In this document: positions 57,492 to 64,000 of the stretch, in pieces
Numbering within the stretch: the first letter of the stretch is position 1
How the letters are laid out: every line of letters begins with the position of its first letter
NCBI GenBank assembly: GCA_976226885.1
Contig: OZ320313.1
Coordinates: 107,322,001 to 107,386,000, forward strand
Reading direction: 5' to 3'
DNA length: 64,000 bases
Source of the DNA: Iphione sp. A-MEVVRFRX5
Taxonomy: Eukaryota
The notes under the pieces: generated by a model
Told to the model about the DNA's origin: nothing
The model's input: only the letters and a program-made list of their open reading frames with translations
The model's database searches: none
Position numbers and translations under genes: made by a program

Positions 57492-60400
57492 TGTAATGGA
57501 ATTCCTTAGTACAAGCAAACTTACTCACTTGTGGAGATGTGCCTGTTCCAGCCTGCCAGCAACTACTGAGGTAAACTGATAGAGGACATCTCATTAAACA
57601 TATATTGCACCACCTTTTGTCATTTTCGTAAGTACATGTAGACCCCTTCCCTCTCTGACCACTTAGTCAGGTTTATCTAGCCATAACTGTGGTTCTATTC
57701 ATAGTACATATTCATGCTAACTACCATTGTGAAGCTCTTATCGAGAGCTTTCAAATGGTGTATAGAATATGTAGGTAGCATCATCAACACCCTCTACCCC
57801 TCTGTTACCACTGAGTTGTGTTTATCTAGCAATATCAGTGATTCTGTTTGTAGTACACACTCATATCTACTACCATGGCGAAGCTCTCATTCAGAGCTTT
57901 CCAATGGTGTATAGCACTTATCTCTAGGTCATGATTACACTCTCATACTTCTTATTATTGACCACCGATGTGACAGTTCAATGCTAATGTCATCAGTTAG
58001 GATTTCCCATGCAAGGAATTCCCTAATGGTGTTATCATGGTGCAATATGTGTATGCTGATGTCATTCATTGGGGAGGGTGGTATTCGCTAGAAAAGAGGT
58101 CAAGGTGGGTAACCAAGGTGGGTAACTTTTCTCCATTGAAATAGCATTGGAGAATGTAAACGAAAGTGAGCCAGAACCAGCAGTTTTATACTACTGAGAG
58201 GAATAACATCAAGATGCACAAGACCCATAGGGAAGCTGCATCTGTCTCTGCCCGGGTTGTAGGGGAAGGCATGCAAGACAGCAAGACACTCCTACAAGGA
58301 TATGATCCTGATGACATCTTTAATTTGGATGAGTCAGGACTCTTCTTCAGACTAAAACCAGGACCAACATTTGCCACAGGCCCTGTGAAAGGTGAGAAGC
58401 GATCCAAGGACAGGCTGACTATGGCCTTGTGCTGCAATGCCACAGGGAATGAGCAGATCAGGCCCTTTGTGATAGGCAAGTCAGCCAGGCCTAGATGCTT
58501 TGGGAAGGACTTTGAACCTTCCATGTATGTTACATACAGAAACAACACCAAAGCATGGATGACATCAACCCTGTTGGAAGACCTCCTGAAGAAGCTGGAT
58601 GATAGAGCAAGAGGTCAGAAGCGGAGATATGTCATCCTCTGTGACAATGTGGCTAGCCACAAGACAACCAAGGACTAAATGAACCTCAAAATCATCAACC
58701 TGCCTCCTAACACCACCAGTCATCTGCAGCCCCTGGTTAGAAGCATCATTGCCTCCTTCAAGGGACAGTACAGGAAGAGGCTGGTTAGGCACTTCCTGAC
58801 CTGTGTTGAGTCAGGTAAACCCCAGACCACAGATGTCAGGAAGGCCATCCTGATGATTCATGAGGCCTGGCAAGCTGTCTCCAGTACCACCATTGCCAAA
58901 TGTTAGAAACATGGGGACATCCCTCCAGATACCACCAGTCCAGTCACAGATGAAGAGGAGGATGAGGAAGAGGAAAACACCCCACTCTCACAGCTCAGGA
59001 CCCTGCTCGAAGACCTCCAGGAAAAGCAAGGGGAGGACACAGGAATAGCAGATGATTATATCTCCTGTGACTCCCAGGAGCCTACATCAGGAGAGTTGGA
59101 TCATTAGCACATCATGCAGCTGGTAGGTAAACAGAAGAGAGAAGAGGAGGAAGAAGAGCAGGAGGAGGAGGAGCATGTGGAACCTATCACCATCAAACAA
59201 GTGAGGCAATGACTGGACTGGGCTGTAGCCTTCTGGGAGGACCAAGGCAACACTGAGCTTATTTCTTCTCTTTGGGCTATCCTGAAGAAGACAGAGACAG
59301 CAGCAGTGAAGAGGTGTAAGCAGAAGACAATTGCAGACTTATTCAGGAGACCCTAAACAATTTTAGAATATTTAACATTAATTACATGATTTGTTTTATT
59401 TTTGGAGGTATGCATGGTCAAATGTAAGTTTACAGGTTTTTTTCTCTTTTATGTCAGGTTTAGATAGTTCACATTAATTACATGATATATTTAATTCTTG
59501 TAGGTATGAAAAGTCAAAGGGAAGATTGCAGGTTTTTTCTTTCTTTTATTTCAGGTTTAGAATCGCTCATATTAATTGAATGATTTATTTACTTTTGCAG
59601 GTATGAAAAGTGTTGAGGTAGGGCCTGTGGACCCCCCTAACTGATTGAAATTGGCTGCGGCCTTAGGCCACTATTCAAATTCTGAATTATCCCAAAACCG
59701 AACGATTTTGGCGGCAAGGGCGATTGTTCAGTTTTTGAATTATCTGTATATTTGTGATATTTGTGACCTCTAGGTGAAACTCCATTTCCGTTTTTGGTTT
59801 CTCTCTATTGCATGCATTTCTTTATGATAGCTGTTTCGTTTGGACAATCTATAGTCAATTTAGGACAATCTATAGTAAGTTACACTACAGTTCATGATGT
59901 TGGTCCCTGAAATGTTGTGGAATTCTATTATTTTATGAGTGTAGGGTCTTTAGCAGGATGTGTGTTGCCGGCATGATCTTAAAGTGCCAACATATTATGG
60001 TCCATGGTAGTCAACTTAAAAGTAGAACAGCAGGTGCCCCAGCTCCACCGCCACACATACTCAAATGAAAGCAGGCACATATGCAAGTTCTCAACCATTA
60101 AAAAATCCCCATTTGACAGATGTTTTTGTCACAAAAACAACCGCCTTTCAAAAAAAGAAAACACTGTGTACACTGTTGTGTACCTGTACACTGTTGTGTA
60201 CGTGGCAAAGATAATGTAGAACCCAAGTGCAACTGCACAAACTGTGTCATGGGGTGTTCCTGCCCATGATTCATACAGCCTACACACCTCTGACCCTTGT
60301 CCCAGTTGACGGGCTAGTTCCTGACTCCTGAGTTTTGATCCCCTCTCTCATGACTGGGTTGGGCAATACTAGTATCTCAGGCTTTCTGTTTCATTCCATA

Positions 60401-60539
60401 TATGCCAAATCTGTGGCACTGGTACCCTTCCCTATATATATTCTCCTGTCCTTTAACTGGTATGCATATAGGCCCCTAGTACTCATAGGGGCTGTATGGG
60501 TGCATGAATACTTGGGGTTCTTCCACCCATTGGTAAAAA

Positions 60540-61770
60540 CAGTCTAGTTTTGATATAGTGAGTCCTTCTGTGTGCCAACGGGGAAGAAAGGGTGGTGTTG
60601 CAGCAGTTTCGACCATAATGGTCTCATCAGGCACCATGGGGATTATTTATTTTAGGAGTCCCAGAAAAAATGTAGTGGGACTAGTGTGTTACAACCACCC
60701 CTATCACCGTGCAAAACAGGTGGGTGAGGAGCAGAGACAAGGAAAGGTTTGTGATGGCTCCATTGTAGATGGTCTATGGATCTTTTGAACTTCTGTTGGT
60801 CTCTTCCAGGGCTAATAAATATGTGTCCAAGTCTCATGGTGAACCTCTAAACATACCCACTGTAAAGGTGTAACCCCTTTGGAAAAGGGGCTTAGTGGGA
60901 AGCCAGAGGAATCCCACCCATGGAATACTATATGGGTCAAATATGTCCTTGTTCCTTAGTAGATTGTATGTATCATGTGGGGAGAGGTGTGTATGGTTGA
61001 GGCAACCATGCCTGTAGAGTAAAACCCTCTTCCCATTTCCTATGGTATAAGTGACCAAGGCCACGGGTGTAGAGCACAAAAAAAATTTTCACATGGCTAG
61101 ATGGCCAAGATCCAGGAAGGGAGGGGATCTCAGTCATATTCTGAAGCTATGGCATTTGGGCCTAGTGGGGCTTGTGTATGTAGTCTGTGAATCCACATGA
61201 ATTTTATCCTCTGTCATAGTTTGGTAGTGTGTGGTTTTCTCAGATCACTATGTATGAAGTCTACTACATGGAAGATAACATCCTCCAGGCCCCGATGAGA
61301 ACCTTCATTAGAATGAGTGGCCACTAGGTGAGTGTCTATATTGTGTGTGATGTTGTAGAAATGTGTTGCCATATGATCCTGGAGTCTATTCCTTGTATAA
61401 CCCACATGCTGTTTCCTGTATTGTTTGTTGTGATGAAGTAAACCAGGTTAGAGCTCTTAGAGGTAACATTAAATTTGGTCTGATATGATTTACCTGTTGC
61501 ACTTTTTATGTTCCCTGTCCTGTCCAATTAAGGGCAGTAAAGACATGGGAAATTGTTGCAGTTATGTTTTGGAGAGGGTGCCGTAGTGGTAGCCTCCATG
61601 ATATTGCTCAGGACCATGTCTCCTACCTGCCCATATGAAGTTATTGTCCTTACAGATAGGCAGCCTTTGAGATTTTGGGGTCATCTATAGGAGAAGAGAA
61701 TTGGTTTCCCGTTTAAACTCCTGGTTGTCTTGGACGGCCATAGGATTGGCCGATTCTTTTGGAGAATGCA
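60540..61770 (-). mobile_element. Older degraded Penelope-like element (3' part)
   Basis: PILFSYR*PQNLK, KSSNLVYFIT, GYTRNRLQDHMATH, WIHRLHTQAPLGPN across frameshifts; hammerhead core downstream. Confidence 0.85.
60606..60630 (-). ncRNA. Hammerhead ribozyme core of the second Penelope copy
   Basis: Minus strand CTGATGA-gacca-tta-tggtc-GAAAC. Confidence 0.7.
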
Positions 61771-62589
61771 TCAGAAATCATGGTAACTGGGATTGAAGTC
61801 AGTGACTGCTAAAAAAAGAAAACTCTGACATTTAGTCACTAAAAACAACTTTTAAAATAAAATGATGACTTGATGTATGAAAAAATTAACATGAATGAAG
61901 TAAAATGAAGGAACACATCTGCTTCAGTAACAGAGGTATACTTGTATATGAAAAACACTCTCTTGTTGGGAAATATTGGGCATGCAAATTGGAAAAATAC
62001 ACCTCTTTCTTGATGATTTTCAGAACGAGTCCCACCACAAAGTGACTACTGGGGAGGGGGGGGTACTCATAGGATGAAGACACTATGCATGGTCCTTAAT
62101 ATGTATTATCAGCTATGATATATTGCTCTAGGGTTGACTTTATCATACCCCTAACTAAGGTACAGACGAAAAGATATATCAAAAATAAAAATCAGATATG
62201 TTCATCTTAGATATTACCTGTACTTAGGGGCAATTTACTTTGCTTACGTAGTGAACTAGCACAGATACGCCTAAACGTCTTCATGAGAGCCAAACCTCTT
62301 ATACAGACCTACTAGAACAAAGCTTTGTCAACTGTGTAGTTATCAGTTAACAATTATTGAGGATACAAATTATAAGAGTGCCATACCTCAGTAGCAAAAA
62401 AACAGGTATCATGTAGTTGTACAGCTGTCAAAGCAATTGGAGAAAAGCTCATCCATTGTTTCGGTAGCTGGTAAATTCTGCACTTTCTAATTGATCTCTC
62501 ACCGGGAGTCTTGGACAATTCCAATTTCATGTTTTGCACAACTGCCATCATTAACCAATTCTTAGTTAAATACCTTCAGTAAACAGTGT

Positions 62590-64000
62590 ATATACAGTGC
62601 TTAAACTGGCATACAGGTTACAGGTAAGCAAAACGAAAAAGGCTCTAAGGAAAGCAAGGGCTAACTACATAGAAGCTAGAATTGATGAACAAAATGAAAA
62701 CCAACACAAATTCTGGAAAACCTTAAAATCAACTTTAGGATACAATAAGCCACTAGAAAAAGTAAATATGAAAACATCAAATGGATCTCTTTGAGTGATA
62801 TGGATACTGCAACCACTATAAACGACTTCTTGTTGGGGTTGGTGAACGTATTGCAACAAGTCTTCCTGGGGAAAGCTACAAGCACCGACACGACTTGGTG
62901 TTACCCCAATACACATGCACGAGTACATGAAGTCAGTTAACAGCATGCACAATACAAAAAATAGTGGAATACTCGACCTACCAGGTATCTATCTCAAGAC
63001 ATTAATGAAAATCAAAACCTGGTCTGTTTATACACTTGTTTCAAGAGTCACTAACGCAAAATCTTATACCTTACTCATTCAAGAGATCCCGAGTAACACC
63101 AATATTCAAAAAGGGTGACCGCAATCAGGAAAGCAACTATAGGCCCATAAGCATACTAATCCTACCTAACAAAGAACTTGAAAGGATAATTCATAATAGA
63201 CTCTATGATTACCTAGAAAACAACAATCTGCTGTCCTCATCACAGTATGGCTTTAGGAGAGAAAAAGGTACAGACATTGCCATAACAGAACTGACTAATG
63301 CAATCCACCTTAACATGAATGCAGGTAAAAGGTCCTATGCAGCTTTATAGACTTTGAAAAAGCATTTGACAGCGTCAACCACAAAATATTGTTGGAAAAC
63401 CTCAAAGACTATAACCTGAGTCTGCAGAGAAAGCTGTTACATGCGGTGTCCTCCAAGGATCGATACTTGTACCCCTTCTGTTTATCCTGTTCGTCAATGA
63501 CCTACCCCAATGCATCACTAAATGCAAGACTATACTCTATGCAGACGATCTAGCAATAATTAGTAGCGCCCCAAAAATAGGAAAATGTATGGATGACCTG
63601 CAGTCTGGGCTAGATGAGCTGCGCCAGTGGGCAGACAACAACAAAATAAAAGTAAATATCAAGAAAACAAAGGTAATGTCATTTGGCTATAAAAACACTA
63701 CCATCCCTGGAATGGTTAAATATGGGCATGAAGCTCTTGGGGAGGTAACCAACTTTGAGTACCTAGGAGTGATATTAGACAGCAAACTCACTTTCAAAAA
63801 GTTATCTTAAAGTGAGACATCTATTAAAGATCAGAAAATATATAAGTGTGAGGCTGGCCTATAAACTGGTTAAAACAATGTTGATCCCCATCACAGACTA
63901 TGGGCTAGTGTTTGCTGAAACGACTTATCACTCAGCCTATAATAGGTTTGTTACCTTGCGGAGATGTATGTACCAAATAGCACTGCAAAGGCACATTAGT
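62590..64000 (+). mobile_element. Degraded CR1/L2-group LINE ORF2 (RT), running off the window end
   Basis: KFWKTLK; SRVTPIFKKGDR...SNYRPISIL; QYGFR; DFEKAFDSVNH; (G)V(P)QGSIL; LYADDLAI; YLGVILDSKLTF. Multiple frameshifts and an internal deletion before the QGS motif. Confidence 0.92.

Larger units (their letters stand above)
54818..58195. mobile_element. Non-autonomous Polinton/Maverick-like element
   Basis: Termini AGTAGTAT...ATACTACT; 6-bp TSD GAGAGG (54812-17, 58196-201). TIR of about 110-130 bp: the left copy is split into 54818-54855 and 56614-56709, the right copy is about 58091-58195. Confidence 0.7.
53738..59746 (+). mobile_element. pogo/Tigger DNA transposon (dead), interrupted by nested elements
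   Basis: TA-CAG...CTG-TA ends with weak TIR similarity. CENP-B/Tc5 HTH at 54408-54817; DDE_1 at 58202-58906 (NLDESGLF, KDRLTMALCCNATG, KAWMT, CDNVASH, LPPNTTSHLQPL); C-terminal KQKTIADLF near 59320-59356. Stops present, and the third catalytic D is replaced by V. Confidence 0.9.

Noticed and set aside
1-64000. CRISPR arrays, rRNA, tRNA or prokaryotic operons
   Set aside because: No repeat-spacer array or structural RNA gene was seen. The tandem repeats lack unique spacers and the genes are spliced.

Overview
Eukaryotic (invertebrate animal-like; AT-rich, spliced, TE-rich) genomic window with two N gaps and no CRISPR, rRNA or tRNA. The main gene is a 14-exon ABCB9/TAP-like half ABC transporter on the minus strand (5573-21325). 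I reconstructed every exon by hand with GT-AG sites and matching phases. All NBD motifs are intact, but exon 2 carries a single +1 frameshift. A second, unidentified plus-strand gene ends in a large exon at 41253-42273, and low-confidence candidate exons lie on both strands at 44-50 kb. The rest is mobile DNA: degraded LINEs at both window edges, a Crypton/DUF3504-type tyrosine-recombinase relic (26.3-27.7 kb), several MITE families (one nested, one with an apparent 5-bp TSD) and Helitron-like repeats carrying a kB-CRE-kB palindrome. The most striking structure is a three-level nest at 53.7-59.7 kb. A pogo/Tigger transposon is split by a 3.4-kb Polinton-like non-autonomous element (AGTAGT termini, 6-bp TSD, C2H2 finger mini-ORF). 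The left TIR of that element is in turn split by a 5'-truncated Penelope retroelement with a 12-bp TSD and a hammerhead-ribozyme core. A second, older Penelope copy with its own hammerhead core lies at 60.5-61.8 kb. All assignments come from manual reading and remembered family motifs; no database search was run.
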